Part shown: positions 1 to 9,767 of the stretch, piece by piece
Layout: every line of letters begins with the position of its first letter
How positions within the stretch are numbered: the stretch's first letter is position 1
Origin: Okeania sp.
Lineage (GTDB): Bacteria; Cyanobacteriota; Cyanobacteriia; Cyanobacteriales; Microcoleaceae
Assembly: GCF_035285525.1 (NCBI RefSeq)
Contig: NZ_JAYKGW010000179.1
Span: forward strand, 1-32,000
DNA length: 32,000 nt
Direction: 5' to 3'
Notes under the pieces: model-generated
Database searches by the model: none
What the model saw: the letters and a program-made list of their open reading frames with translations, nothing else
What the model was told of the DNA's origin: nothing
Translations under genes and position numbers: made by a program

Positions 1-2
1 AT

Positions 3-790
3 GGAACTGAACCTGTTTACGAACCTATTGAATTTGAGAGCAATGTCTTACGGTTAGAAAATGAGGCGGAATATGTATTTACGGCTTGAGCAGGAGCGGA
101 TAGTCTATCGGTAGTGGATGCTAGCAACCCTGAAGTTGTGGTTAACAATACTAGCAGCGAAGATTTAGCCTTGGCTAAGATTCCTGTGGGGTTTGATGGA
201 GTAACGGATCGCCCAGAGTCGTTGGCGATAACTAGGGATAATAGTCGAGTTTATGTACCGTTGAAGTTTAGTGGTGGGGTCGCTGTGGTAGACACGATGG
301 TGTTGTCACAGGTGGTACCGGATACCCCCGATGTTACCGACCCCATTCCTTGGCATGGTGGGGCGCGACCAATAGATATTGCTCTGGGGTTGAGGGATGA
401 ATATGCTTATAGATGAAAATCAACCCCTAGTTTATGTGTTGGATATCGACTCGTTTTCGAGTACATATCATCAGGTGGTGCAGACTATAGAGTTAGAGAG
501 TTTGAGTGGGTTGAACAGATTAGCTATTAGTAGCGATGGTCGGCATTCCTTAAGGTTTGAAGAGGTAAAATCTCGCGATTTGAGGGAAGATCGAACTTTG
601 CCTGAAGATTTTTATCAGGTGTTAAACGATGATTATATAAGATTTGAGGGCGATGAATATGATCGAAAACAGAAAACAGGGCGAATCATTAAAGAAGTTG
701 TTAATGGAAAAACCAGCAATTCTACCTATATTAGGGGTCATCTAGTTCCTCAAGAAGACCGAAACAGGAATCCTGGAAATTACGATCCTA
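3..790 (+). pseudogene. Decayed beta-propeller (YVTN/YncE-like) repeat protein gene. The 5' end lies outside the window and the C-terminal remnant carries a NucA/Serratia-type nuclease-like RGH motif.
   Basis: Frame 3 reads GTEPVYEPIEFESNVLRLENEAEYVFTA, then an in-frame TGA (87-89), then AGADSLSVVDASNPEVV (ORF 114..416). The sense continues in another frame (ORF 397..843: NQPLVYVLDIDS, LNRLAISSDGRHS), so a frameshift lies near 397-416. Strand motifs such as SLSVVD, GVAVVD and VYVLDID are typical propeller blades. YIRGHLVPQEDRNRN (727-771) resembles the DRGH(I/Q)AP..DR catalytic strand of Anabaena NucA. Similarity ends near 775. Confidence 0.4.
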
Positions 791-791
791 G

Positions 792-940
792 TCATAATAC
801 TAAGCGCGAAAATTCTCCTTTTAGGTTTGCCCCTTCAAAATGAGCATTTTCCCAATCTGTCTCTGTCAAATCAGCGCCAATTAAGATTGCATTCATTAGG
901 GAAGCAATGTACAGACCAGCTTCATTAAGAGCTGATTTAT
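792..940 (-). pseudogene. 5'-truncated pentapeptide-repeat protein fragment
   Basis: Minus-strand frame reads KSALNEAGLYIASLMNAILIGADLTETDWENAHFEGANLKGEFSRLVL, ending at the stop at 792-794. It has A(D/N)LxG-type five-residue periodicity. Its upstream part is replaced by the IS remnant. Confidence 0.35.
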
Positions 941-1790
941 AAAGGAAATATTAAGTTAGCTAGTCGCCTCACCATAAGGTGGATTAAAGAGCCATAAATC
1001 ATGGCTTCACTTACATCTGAATACACCTCATAATATGACCTTAAACGTCAAAATCTATTCAAACAACCAAAAGTCCGCTCAACAATCCATCTCTTAGGTA
1101 ACTGCTTATGCATTTTGGGTAGTTCTCTTGATTACTTCTACCCTCACGCGATACTGCTGACGCAACGCTCCGCAAACGCCACAAACTGCCTGAACTGCAC
1201 TCGCACTCATTCTTACCAGAATAACCCTGATCTACCCAAAGCACTTCTAATTTCGACAGTTTATCCCTGGCTTCATTGAGTGCTACCACTGCTCCTAATC
1301 GTTCTGAGGCATTCGCTTCCGTTACGAAAACACCAATTAATAATCCTTGGGAATTTACGACAATGTGACGCTTACGGTCTTTAACTTTCTTGCCACCATC
1401 GCGCGCCGTATACCTCCCCCTTTTTTCTGTTGTCTTCACTGACTGGGAATCAGCAATGGCAACCGTTGAATCTTTATCCCTATCTAATTCTGTTTCTGTT
1501 CTTAATTTTTGGCGTATTTCCTATGCGCATCTGCTGCCAAAAACCACTTTTGTGCCATTTTTTGAAATATCTGTATACAGTGCTGTAAGTTGGTAGATCA
1601 TGAGGCATCATTTCCCACTGACATCCAGTCCGTTAGACATAGAATATGGCGTTGAAAATTTCTCGGAAATCTACCTCTATCCAATGACCAAACCCCTTGG
1701 GTAAGGGTACTAGGGGCTTGACTATTTCTCATTCATAAGTCACTCATATCATTTGGGTATGGTTGACGGTGAGGATTAGCGATCGCAGGT
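937..1790 (-). mobile_element. IS5-family (IS1031/IS427-like) insertion sequence remnant with an inactivated DDE transposase gene (about 937..1736)
   Basis: Minus-strand translation, shifting between frames, gives these blocks: KIVKPLVPLPKGFGHWIEVDFREIFNAIFYV*RTGCQWEMMPHDLPTYSTVYRYFKKWHKSGFWQQ; LRTETELDRDKDSTVAIADSQSVKTTEKRG..KRHIVVNSQGLLIGVFVTEANASERLGAVVALNEA..LWVDQGYSGKN; VEVIKRTT; LPKRWIVERTFGCLNRF*..SDVSEAMIYGSLIHLMVRRLAN. These are the conserved blocks of IS5-family transposases, broken by at least 3 frameshifts and 3 stops. Imperfect terminal inverted repeats lie near 957-975 and 1766-1785. The element ends are approximate. Confidence 0.75.
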
Positions 1791-1883
1791 AGATGACTCA
1801 TTAGTTATAGAATGGATTAACTATAGCAAAGAATAACACCATATTCACTTGTTACCCAACTTTCTTTAGATTTTCTTTATAAA

Positions 1884-2345
1884 TCAGCTCTTAACATATT
1901 GTTCAATATAAAATTGATATTGGTCAATCAAAATATACTCTTTAAAATCAGGAATTGAGCGATCAAATTTAAACTTTTCACCACGGTCATAATTTGTTGT
2001 TGATTTTGATAATACTTCCGCAATTATTGAGGGATTAGTAACTGTATCCTTGCGATTTTGATAATAAGATGGTTCACTTTCAATTATCATTAAATCGGGG
2101 TAAGTATATAAATTATGATCGGGTATCCACAAACGTACATCACCGATAAATACACGATAACTTTTGCCTTTTAAAGCTAACTTTAAATAAGCATAAAAAT
2201 TAGCTCCTATTTCGTTATAATGAGTAGTTGCATCTGTCATTAAAATAATTTATCCATTTCTATATTCATGCTTATATTCAGGAGTTTCCTCTAATAAAAA
2301 ATATTCTTAAGGAGTATATATTTTATTTTTTGTTTGAACTTGCAT
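1884..2345 (-). pseudogene. Uma2-family (DUF820) endonuclease gene with two in-frame TAA codons
   Basis: From the ATG at 2345 the minus strand reads MQVQTKNKIYTP*EYFLLEETPEYKHEYRNG*IILMTDATTHYNEI, then the 118-aa ORF. Stops are at 2309-2307 and 2252-2250, both at positions where Uma2 proteins have Glu (YTPEEY, NGEII). Downstream motifs PDLMII, AEVLSKST..YDRGEKF and EYILID match the Uma2/PD-(D/E)xK core. Confidence 0.7.
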
Positions 2346-2514
2346 ATTTTTCTACCTTTTTCCCTATTCTATATTCTCAACTTCCCCTCATCAGAGGGGT
2401 TAGGGGTGGGTTGACTCCTGTGCCCTTTGCCAAAAACCTGTATTTCGCCCTATTCCCTGTTCCCTAAAAGCAATAAGATTTTGTAGAGGAATCAAATAGA
2501 ATTGCTATAGCAAT

Positions 2515-4278
2515 TTATTCATTCAAACTACCATCTGGCATAATTGCACCTTCTAAATTAGCGCCTTCCAAATTAGCTTTTGTCAGTTTTGCTCCCAGTA
2601 AATTAGCTCCCTGCAAATTAGCTCCCTGCAAATTAGCTTTTTCAAGATCTACATGCAGTAACCTAGCACCCGCTAAATTTGCTCCTACTAAATCTACTCT
2701 CCTAAGACTAGCATCTTTTAAGATTGCCTCCCTAAGATCAGCACCCCGCAGACTAACATTATTCATATTTGCAGCACTTAAATTAGCTTTTCTTAAATCA
2801 GCTCCCTTCAACTTAGCTCCAGTAAGTTTAGCATCACGAAAATTAGCATTATAAAAATTAGTGCCAACCAAATTTGCCTGAGACAAATTTGCACCAGATA
2901 AATTAGCTTCCTGTAGGTTAGCACTTTCTAAGACAGCTCTAAATAAACTTGCTCCACTCAGAGAAGCTTTTTGCAGTTGAGCATTTGCTAAATTAGAATT
3001 AGTCAAATTTGTACCTTGTAATTTAGCGTTGTTTAAATTTGCTTCCTGCAGTTTAGCATTGCTCAAATTTGCTCCTGGTAATTCTGCGTGAGCGAGGTTA
3101 GCATTTTGTAATCTTGCTCCTTTCAGTTCAGCACCCCTTAAATTAGCTCTGAATAAATTTGCATCTCGCAAATAAGCATCTTCAAGTTTAATTCCTGCTA
3201 AATTTGCCCCACGGAGATGACAACCTTGACATTCTGAAGTTTCTTGCAATTTGGCAATTGAGTTTTTGCTAGAAGTTCTTTGAATAGTTTTTTCTGGGTG
3301 AAATCTTGGTGTTCTCTGGAAATTTGTTTGATATCGTTGCTGCCGGACAATTGTTAAACTTGTCGCCAACAGAGCAAGAGCAGCAATACTAGCAACTCCA
3401 ACTATAGCAGATGCTTTAACAGGTTGCATTGCCATTGCTACATTTTTAAAGTTAGGAGCATCACTAAAAACTGGTATTGGTTTGAGTGCAGCTAAAGCTG
3501 CTGCTGCACTTGCAAAGCGATCTTTAGAATTGGGAGATATCATTTTCTCTAACCACATGGTAAATAGGGTACTCAGTTGTGGCATTATTTTTTTGAGGTT
3601 CAAGCGGTGGTTGCGGTCAAATAATTTTCTGACATTTGTACTGGGAGTACCTGTAAGTAAGCAAATTATGGTTACACCTAAACTGTATAAATCAGAATTA
3701 ATAGTGACAGAACCATTCAATTCTTGTTCTGGTGGCATAAATCCAGATGTACCACTGAAACCATCACTTAAATTTTCTTCTATTCCTATACGCGCACAAC
3801 CAAAATTTATTAAATATGCAGTCGGAAATTTATCAGTGTGGGAGTAAGTATTAACTAATATATTTTCTGGTTTAATATTGCCATGAATAATTGGCGGTTT
3901 ATTTTTCTGTAAATAAACTAAAATCTCTAAAATTGAAATAGTAATTTGTTTAATTTGTTCTGGGGTAAAATTTCTTTTTTCTGCTAAAGATTTTCCCTCT
4001 TTATATTCTGTAATTAAACAAAATCCTTCAGGAGTTTCTAAAGCATCAATATAATTAGGAATACGGGGATGTTGTAGTTGTTTGAGAATTTCTACTTCCC
4101 TTTCATAAGCTTCAAACCCTGCCCAATTTGCTTCACCATCTGCAAAACTAAATTCTTTGATGAAAACTTCTTGGTCTTGTTTGAGAGCTAATCCCTGATA
4201 TGTAACTTCTCCCTGCTGTTGATGAGGTTCCATTTCTCTAATAATTTCATAGCCGTAATTAGAAAGTTCTCGTTTCAT
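2515..4278 (-). CDS. Ser/Thr protein kinase-like protein (predicted pseudokinase) with one TM segment and a long C-terminal pentapeptide-repeat domain
   Basis: 587-aa ORF. Hanks-type landmarks are present: VFIKEF (Lys41), EREVEILKQL, GTSGFMPPE, DLYSLG. The catalytic loop reads HGNIKPEN (Asn134, codon 3877-3879) and the Mg loop reads NFG (Asn158, codon 3805-3807), and there is no GxGxxG loop. A hydrophobic segment reads ASAIVGVASIAALALLATSLTIV. About 250 aa of A(N/D)LxG pentapeptide repeats follow. Confidence 0.85.
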   Translation of the reverse strand: MKRELSNYGYEIIREMEPHQQQGEVTYQGLALKQDQEVFIKEFSFADGEANWAGFEAYEREVEILKQLQHPRIPNYIDALETPEGFCLITEYKEGKSLAEKRNFTPEQIKQITISILEILVYLQKNKPPIIHGNIKPENILVNTYSHTDKFPTAYLINFGCARIGIEENLSDGFSGTSGFMPPEQELNGSVTINSDLYSLGVTIICLLTGTPSTNVRKLFDRNHRLNLKKIMPQLSTLFTMWLEKMISPNSKDRFASAAAALAALKPIPVFSDAPNFKNVAMAMQPVKASAIVGVASIAALALLATSLTIVRQQRYQTNFQRTPRFHPEKTIQRTSSKNSIAKLQETSECQGCHLRGANLAGIKLEDAYLRDANLFRANLRGAELKGARLQNANLAHAELPGANLSNAKLQEANLNNAKLQGTNLTNSNLANAQLQKASLSGASLFRAVLESANLQEANLSGANLSQANLVGTNFYNANFRDAKLTGAKLKGADLRKANLSAANMNNVSLRGADLREAILKDASLRRVDLVGANLAGARLLHVDLEKANLQGANLQGANLLGAKLTKANLEGANLEGAIMPDGSLNE

Positions 4279-5122
4279 ATTAATAGTACCGCCGTATTTT
4301 TTATACTTGTTAATGGGGTGTTTGTGCCAAAATTATATTGTTGTGATTATATCATATTTTTTATTGAGTAGCAATTACAAATTTTTAGCTTGATTTTTAA
4401 TAATTATAAAAGTAAGTATTATGGTTTTTCATGGATTCATAATTTGATATTTATGAAGTAAATATATAGCAATCCTAAATCGGTTGTAATAAGCACCTAC
4501 ACAAAATTGATTACACATTATGTTAATTTTCTGTGATACCAATTTCCATGTATTATTGCTATACTTGAGGAATACTTCAGTTATCAAATAATTAGCACAA
4601 ACAAAATCATTTTTTACCAATTTCAGCTAAGTTAATGTTAATTTTTATTATGTTTACTTCTCCCTCACTCCCTTACTCTTCTACGGACGTTGCATAACAA
4701 AAATGCTAACGTCCCTACCCTGCTCAAGCAAATGTAGAAAAGTTTTTGAGAAATGGTATTATTCCTTACCTCTTGCCTGTTTCCTGTTCCCTCTCTCAAA
4801 TAGGAAATTAATTTTGCACGACTACTTATTCGAGCATAGGGGTTTGGTTTCCAAATCCTTTAGCGCTTGGATTTAGAGACCAAATTTCTACAGTTTTTTT
4901 TCTCACCAATAATTTTTTATGGCTATAGACTTCTTTTAATATTAAATTTTTATTTAGAAAATACGCTGTAGGGACTTTATATGCAACTTCCCTACACAGT
5001 AGAAAATATGGTAAATAATTAACGATTTATATGGCATAATTTATCTGACTTTTTATTATCGGAAATGTTTAGTATTTTCTGCTATTATAAGAGAATAAAA
5101 CTTCTCAAAAATGAGGTTAATT

Positions 5123-5770
5123 ATGACTGAGCCAAATGCTCGTGATTTATTTAAAGCTGCCTACGAACATCGCTACACTTGGGACTCTAATTTTCCTGGT
5201 TGTAGTGCTAATATCGAACTAAAACAAGGGTCAGAAATCTATAATGGCCAAATTTCCATTAAGCCAGATTTAACTGTGGAAGTTACAGGTATTCCAAACG
5301 AAGAAGTACAACAAAGTGTTTATACTCAACTACGAGATGTAGTTACTCACCGCAAGCGTTCATCATTTGAAGCATCCCATGGTAAAAATAGCTTTAGCCT
5401 TGGTAATAGCGATGACACAGGTGCAGTTGAAATTCTGGTTGCAGGAGATGCCATGGGTTCAAATTACAAAATTAGAGGCAAAGAAATTTGTCTAGTTAGT
5501 CGAGTTATGGGTCGGATGGCTTTCGTGATTAATACCCATAAAACCTTGGAGACACCAGAAGGCTGTATTGCTACTCACTATAATGCTATTTTCCGCAATC
5601 CTCAAACTAATGAAGTAATTAGGGAACTGGAATTTGAGGACTCTTATGAAAAAATTGGCAATTACTATATAATGACTAAGCAGGTTGTTAATTCTACAGA
5701 AAAAGGTGAAAAAACAACAACTGAATTTAATTTTTCTAATATTAAACTATTAGAACCAGCAGTTGTCTAG
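5123..5770 (+). CDS. DUF3386-family protein (conserved cyanobacterial/plastid-lineage protein of unknown function)
   Basis: The ORF track gives 5111..5770. The second ATG (5123) follows a GAGG about 8 nt upstream and gives MTEPNARDLFKAAYEHRYTWD. LRDVVTHRKRSSFE, GDAMGSNYKIRG and RVMGRMAFVI match my memory of DUF3386. Confidence 0.7.
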   Translation: MTEPNARDLFKAAYEHRYTWDSNFPGCSANIELKQGSEIYNGQISIKPDLTVEVTGIPNEEVQQSVYTQLRDVVTHRKRSSFEASHGKNSFSLGNSDDTGAVEILVAGDAMGSNYKIRGKEICLVSRVMGRMAFVINTHKTLETPEGCIATHYNAIFRNPQTNEVIRELEFEDSYEKIGNYYIMTKQVVNSTEKGEKTTTEFNFSNIKLLEPAVV

Positions 5771-5865
5771 AAATCAGAAATTTTGGTTTATTTTTCTGTT
5801 TAATTAGTTAGGATAAACCAGATTTCAATTATCTATAATAAATCCGACAAAATCAGGAGAAAAAA

Positions 5866-6105
5866 ATGAGTAAAGCACTAGCACTTACAAGTGAAAATGT
5901 TGAAACTGTATTAGATGAATTACGTCCCTATCTGCAAGCAGATGGTGGTAACGTTGAATTAGTAGACATTGACGGTCCAATAGTTAATCTCAGATTACAG
6001 GGAGCTTGTAGTTCTTGTCCTAGTTCTACCATGACTCTAAAAATGGGTATTGAGCGCAAACTCCGGGAAGAAATTCCTGAAATTGCTGAAGTTAATGCTG
6101 TGTAA
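5866..6105 (+). CDS. nfuA: NifU C-terminal-domain (Nfu-type) Fe-S cluster scaffold/carrier protein
   Basis: 79-aa ORF with an AGGAG RBS upstream. It reads [54 protein letters not shown], with the CxxC motif typical of cyanobacterial Nfu. Confidence 0.9.
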   Translation: MSKALALTSENVETVLDELRPYLQADGGNVELVDIDGPIVNLRLQGACSSCPSSTMTLKMGIERKLREEIPEIAEVNAV

Positions 6106-6315
6106 TGTAAGCATATTTTTTTCGACTCACATTATCAGGACTTACGCAAGTGCAACGTATTTTCGTCCGATACGACAACAGGAAGCAATCTCAAACCCCT
6201 GTTTTTCGTCCCTCATTGCTTTAGTCCTAATTATTTTCAAATGTGGGTCGAAAATTCTTATTCGTGTAGATGTTGTAGATGTATAACAATCCTAAATAAC
6301 TTGTAAGATTTGAGC

Positions 6316-6350
6316 GTAGGGTTTTGGTTTCCAAACCCTACAGTTTTTTA
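6316..6350 (+). terminator. Hairpin plus T-run carried by a dispersed repeat. Possible terminator downstream of nfu.
   Basis: GTAGGGTTTTGG-TTT-CCAAACCCTAC followed by AGTTTTTTA. Related copies lie at about 4836-4901 (ending in T8), about 16892-16920 and about 19597-19655. Confidence 0.35.
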
Positions 6351-6418
6351 TCACGAATGATTTCATAGATTATCAGAAAATTTGGCCGTATGTAGATACA
6401 GCAGTTTCCGAAGCTATT

Positions 6419-6513
6419 AGGACTTACAGAAAGGCACTATATATATATATATAGCGTATCTGTCCGTGACGATGACGGTAAAGCACCCTACTAATAGCGT
6501 TCATGGGTAAGTC
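6419..6513. mobile_element. MITE-like element, AGGACTTAC-TIR family (short copy)
   Basis: Terminal inverted repeats AGGACTTAC (6419-6427) and GTAAGTCCT (6505-6513). The internal TATATATA and CCCTACTAATAGCGTTCATGGG blocks are shared with 6670-6759 and 26891-27091. Confidence 0.6.
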
Positions 6514-6669
6514 CTGGCTAGAAACAAACTATGAAAAAAGTAGCCGAATTTTGATAAAGCAATTATAATCTTTCTAATCTGTACTTAAATGAGCAATCTT
6601 CTTTTTTGTCCCCTCTTGATTCTAAGGTCGGTCGATGGGTTTGCTTGTCATTTTAGTTATAAATATCTC

Positions 6670-6759
6670 TGGACTAAAGCCATGAACGCTATTAGTAGGG
6701 TCCGTTACGCTGACACTAACGCACCGATACGCTATATATAGTACCTTTGCGTAAGTCCT
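6670..6759. mobile_element. MITE-like element, AGGACTTAC-TIR family, inverted relative to 6419-6513
   Basis: CATGAACGCTATTAGTAGGG...GCTATATATAGTACCTTTGCGTAAGTCCT is the reverse complement of the 6419-6513 copy. The left TIR is degenerate (GGACTAAAGC). Confidence 0.55.
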
Positions 6760-6857
6760 GTATCTATTAAAAACCCCTTAAATCAACCCGACAAAAGACC
6801 TGTTCAAAAAATAATGTTGTACAAAAAATTATTCTATATCAAAATACACTTTTTCAA

Positions 6858-8552
6858 ATGCCAAGATTAAAATCTCCAAATATTTCTCCCCATTTTGACG
6901 TTATCGTAGTAGGTTCCGGAGCAGCAGGACTTTATGCTGCTCTTTGTTTACCTACTCATCTCCAAATTGCCTTAGTTACTAAAAATACCATAAACATGGG
7001 TTCAAGTAACTATGCTCAGGGAGGTATTGCTGCTGCCATTGACCCATCAGATAACCCTACATTACACCTAGAAGATACTCTCAAAGCTGGAGTAGGTTTG
7101 TGTGACCATGAAGCAGTAAAATTTATGGTGGAGAATGCTCCAGAAGCGATCGCTCACCTAGTAGAAATGGGAGTTGCCTTCGACCGCAAAGGAGAAAAAC
7201 TAGCAATGACTCTGGAAGCTGCTCACTCTCGTTCCCGCGTACTTCACTCCGCAGATACCACAGGTCGAGCTATTATTGATACACTTGTTAGTAAAGTTTT
7301 AGAACGTTCCAATATTCTCATAATTTCTCAAGCAGTAGCATTAAATTTGTGGTTAGCTCCCCAAAAAAATCGAGTTCAAGGAATTAGTCTTCTCCATAGA
7401 AATAAAATTGAGTGGTTAAAATGCTCCGCAGTAGTTATGGCAACAGGTGGAGGCGGTCAAATATTTGCCCAAACTACTAACCCAGAAGTTAGCACTGGGG
7501 ATGGGGTTGCCATTGCTTGGCGTGCAGGAGCTGTTGTCAGAGATTTAGAATTTTTCCAATTTCATCCCACTGCTTTAACCAAACCAGGAGCGCCTCGTTT
7601 TCTCATTAGTGAAGCAGTTCGTGGAGAAGGAGCGCACCTAATAGACGAAAAGGGAAACCGTTTTGCCTTTGAGTATCATCCTGCTGGAGAATTAGCTCCC
7701 AGAGATGTTGTCAGTCGAGCTATTTTCTATCACTTGCACAAAACTACTAGCGATCCTACTCATGCTCATGTTTATCTGGATTTGCGAATACTGGCTCCAG
7801 AACGTATTCGTTACCGCTTTCCTAATATTATCAATGTCTGTCAAAAATGGGGTATTGATGTTTTTCAAGAACCTATTCCGGTTGCTCCTGCTGCTCATTA
7901 TTGGATGGGGGGAATAGCTTGTGACTTAATGAGTCAAACCTCAATTCGCGGACTTTATGCGATTGGGGAAACTGCAAGTACCGGGGTTCACGGAGCCAAC
8001 CGTTTAGCTAGTAATTCTTTGTTAGAATGTTTAGTATTTGCGGCTCAACTATCTCAGATTGAAATTGAACCAAATTTGGTTGCTCCTGATTCTGATGTTT
8101 TTCAGGTAGACTATGACTGGGATGGAGAGATGGAAGAGATACAGGCAATTAGGAAAATGTTGCCAAGTTTAATGTGGGAAAGTGCAGGCATTTCTCGTCA
8201 TGGAGATATGTTAAATCAAGCGCTATATCAAGTTAATCGGTGGCGAGATAATTTGGCAAGTTTTGAGATAGTCAAATTTTTAGCTAATGTTTTACCTAAC
8301 CAGAGGATTGAATTAAATTCTGCTAATGCAGAAGAGCAGTTGCGGATAACAGCGGAAACAATGAATCTTTTAGATTTGGGTTATTTAATTCTCAAAAGTG
8401 CTGGATGGCGAACTGAAAGTAGAGGTGGTCATCATCGTAATGATTATCCCAAAACTTCTAATGATTGGGATGTACATACTTTGGTACAAGGCGATCGCTT
8501 GTGGAAGTCACCAACCAATATTAAATCTGAAGTCTCAAAAAAGATATTTTGA
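6858..8552 (+). CDS. nadB: L-aspartate oxidase (NAD biosynthesis)
   Basis: 564-aa ORF. N-terminal FAD fold FDVIVVGSGAAGLYAAL. Also AQGGIAAA, HSADTTGR, EFFQFHPT, ISEAVRGEGA, GLYAIGETASTGVHGANRLASNSLLE and ESRGGHHR, the hallmark blocks of the NadB/succinate-dehydrogenase flavoprotein family. Confidence 0.95.
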   Translation: MPRLKSPNISPHFDVIVVGSGAAGLYAALCLPTHLQIALVTKNTINMGSSNYAQGGIAAAIDPSDNPTLHLEDTLKAGVGLCDHEAVKFMVENAPEAIAHLVEMGVAFDRKGEKLAMTLEAAHSRSRVLHSADTTGRAIIDTLVSKVLERSNILIISQAVALNLWLAPQKNRVQGISLLHRNKIEWLKCSAVVMATGGGGQIFAQTTNPEVSTGDGVAIAWRAGAVVRDLEFFQFHPTALTKPGAPRFLISEAVRGEGAHLIDEKGNRFAFEYHPAGELAPRDVVSRAIFYHLHKTTSDPTHAHVYLDLRILAPERIRYRFPNIINVCQKWGIDVFQEPIPVAPAAHYWMGGIACDLMSQTSIRGLYAIGETASTGVHGANRLASNSLLECLVFAAQLSQIEIEPNLVAPDSDVFQVDYDWDGEMEEIQAIRKMLPSLMWESAGISRHGDMLNQALYQVNRWRDNLASFEIVKFLANVLPNQRIELNSANAEEQLRITAETMNLLDLGYLILKSAGWRTESRGGHHRNDYPKTSNDWDVHTLVQGDRLWKSPTNIKSEVSKKIF

Positions 8553-9133
8553 TCGGGACTTACGCAAAGAAACCGGGTTTCTAGGACAAATCCTTGTTTT
8601 GAACAATAAACGTCTACCCTCGTACCGGCTTTCTGGGTTCAAGCTTCTGCATTTGTCTGATATCATATCCGTTAGTATCGTTTGTGTAAAAATAAGGAAA
8701 ATATCTACCGCTATGTAGGGTTTTTCCTTCTTTTGTAGGGGGAAACGGCCGTTGCGCGCTCCGCGACATGAAACGCCCCTACTTCTTCCTTACCTTCTTT
8801 TATAATACTGATGCCACCGAACATAATATGAAATATGCTGTAATATCAAATCCGCTGACTACGGTTCCCGATAAATTGGAGAATAAAATCATACCATCAC
8901 AAAAGAGCTAAAAGCCTAATCTGCACAGGGTTTAGAGACTAAACCCCTACGGCCTTTAATTCTACCGATACTATCGGATTTGATATAACTGATAACTGAT
9001 AACTAATAGACATCTCCAAAAATAAAAAGTAAAATCAATTATTATCTATAAATTATCAATTCTTCTTCCCAGTTAAGTGTTCCCAGTTAAGCGTTCCCTG
9101 TTCCCTCTTTTCTGGAGATGTCTAATAATTGAA

Positions 9134-9574
9134 ATGACTATTTACTTTTACCATCAAACAGAACAACCTTATGGTTGTTTCTCCAACTTTTCTCCCCACG
9201 GTTTTGAACTTGATAGACTCTGGTAGTCAACTTCAGAGCATTATTTTCAAGCCCAAAAATTTGTGGGAACTCAGCATCTCGAAGAAATTAGATTGGCAAA
9301 AACACCCGCAGATGCTGCTAAAATGGGACGACAGCGTATTCGTCCCCTCCGCCCAGACTGGGAGGAAATTAAAGAGGATGTGATGGAGCGAGGTTTACTT
9401 CGTAAATTCCAAACCCATAAAGATATTGGCGAAATTCTTCTAAGTACAGGGGATGAAATGATAGTAGAAAATGCTCTTCAAGATTATTATTGGGGACGTG
9501 GTAAAGATGGAAGTGGGAAAAATCGTTTGGGGCAGATTTTAATGAAAGTACGAAATACGTTAAGGAATAATTAA
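9134..9574 (+). pseudogene. NADAR-family (YbiA-like, DUF1768) gene interrupted by one in-frame TAG
   Basis: From the ATG at 9134 it reads MTIYFYHQTEQPYGCFSNFSPHGFELDRLW-TAG(9224-9226)-STSEHYFQAQKFVGTQHLEEIRLAKTPADAAKMGRQ, in the same frame as ORF 9263..9574. FSNF, EHYFQAQKF, DYYWG and LGQILMKVR are NADAR signature blocks. Confidence 0.75.
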
Positions 9575-9723
9575 TAATTCAGCTTGAAAGCCTCTGGCGC
9601 TACTTTTTACCAAAAAAAAAGAGGTATAAAGCCTCCCCTGGTTCGGGGATGAAAAAATTTTAACACGGTTCCCGATAAATCAGTATTTCAAGCCTCCGAA
9701 TTTAGTCGGAGGTTCACTCTCTA

Positions 9724-9761
9724 CTGATAACTGATAACTGATAACTGATCACTGATCACTG
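9724..9761. repeat. STRR-type heptamer tandem repeat
   Basis: CTGATAA x3 then CTGATCA x2. Similar arrays lie at 8988-9010, 11136-11170, 19322-19342, 20912-20940 and 31719-31745. Confidence 0.9.
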
Positions 9762-9767
9762 AAATGA

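Noticed and set aside
3482-3847. 121-aa plus-strand ORF inside the kinase gene. Similar antisense or alternate-frame ORFs: 1390..1596, 7692..7898, 7705..7917, 8398..8718, 9171..9383, 13764..13967, 14827..15015, 15262..15576, 15566..15802, 20248..20433, 21535..21747, 23701..23961, 24402..24590, 28511..28792, 29681..29920, 30717..30917.
   Set aside because: All lie within or antisense to much longer ORFs with clear family motifs. Their sequences are low-complexity with no recognisable motifs or RBS, so they are shadow ORFs.
4429-4620. 63-aa minus-strand ORF in the kinase/DUF3386 divergent intergenic region. Also 6050..6286 and 11020..11301.
   Set aside because: They are AT-rich and overlap dispersed repeats (a TATAGCAATCCTAAA-type motif, STRR) or the ends of real genes, with no recognisable domain.
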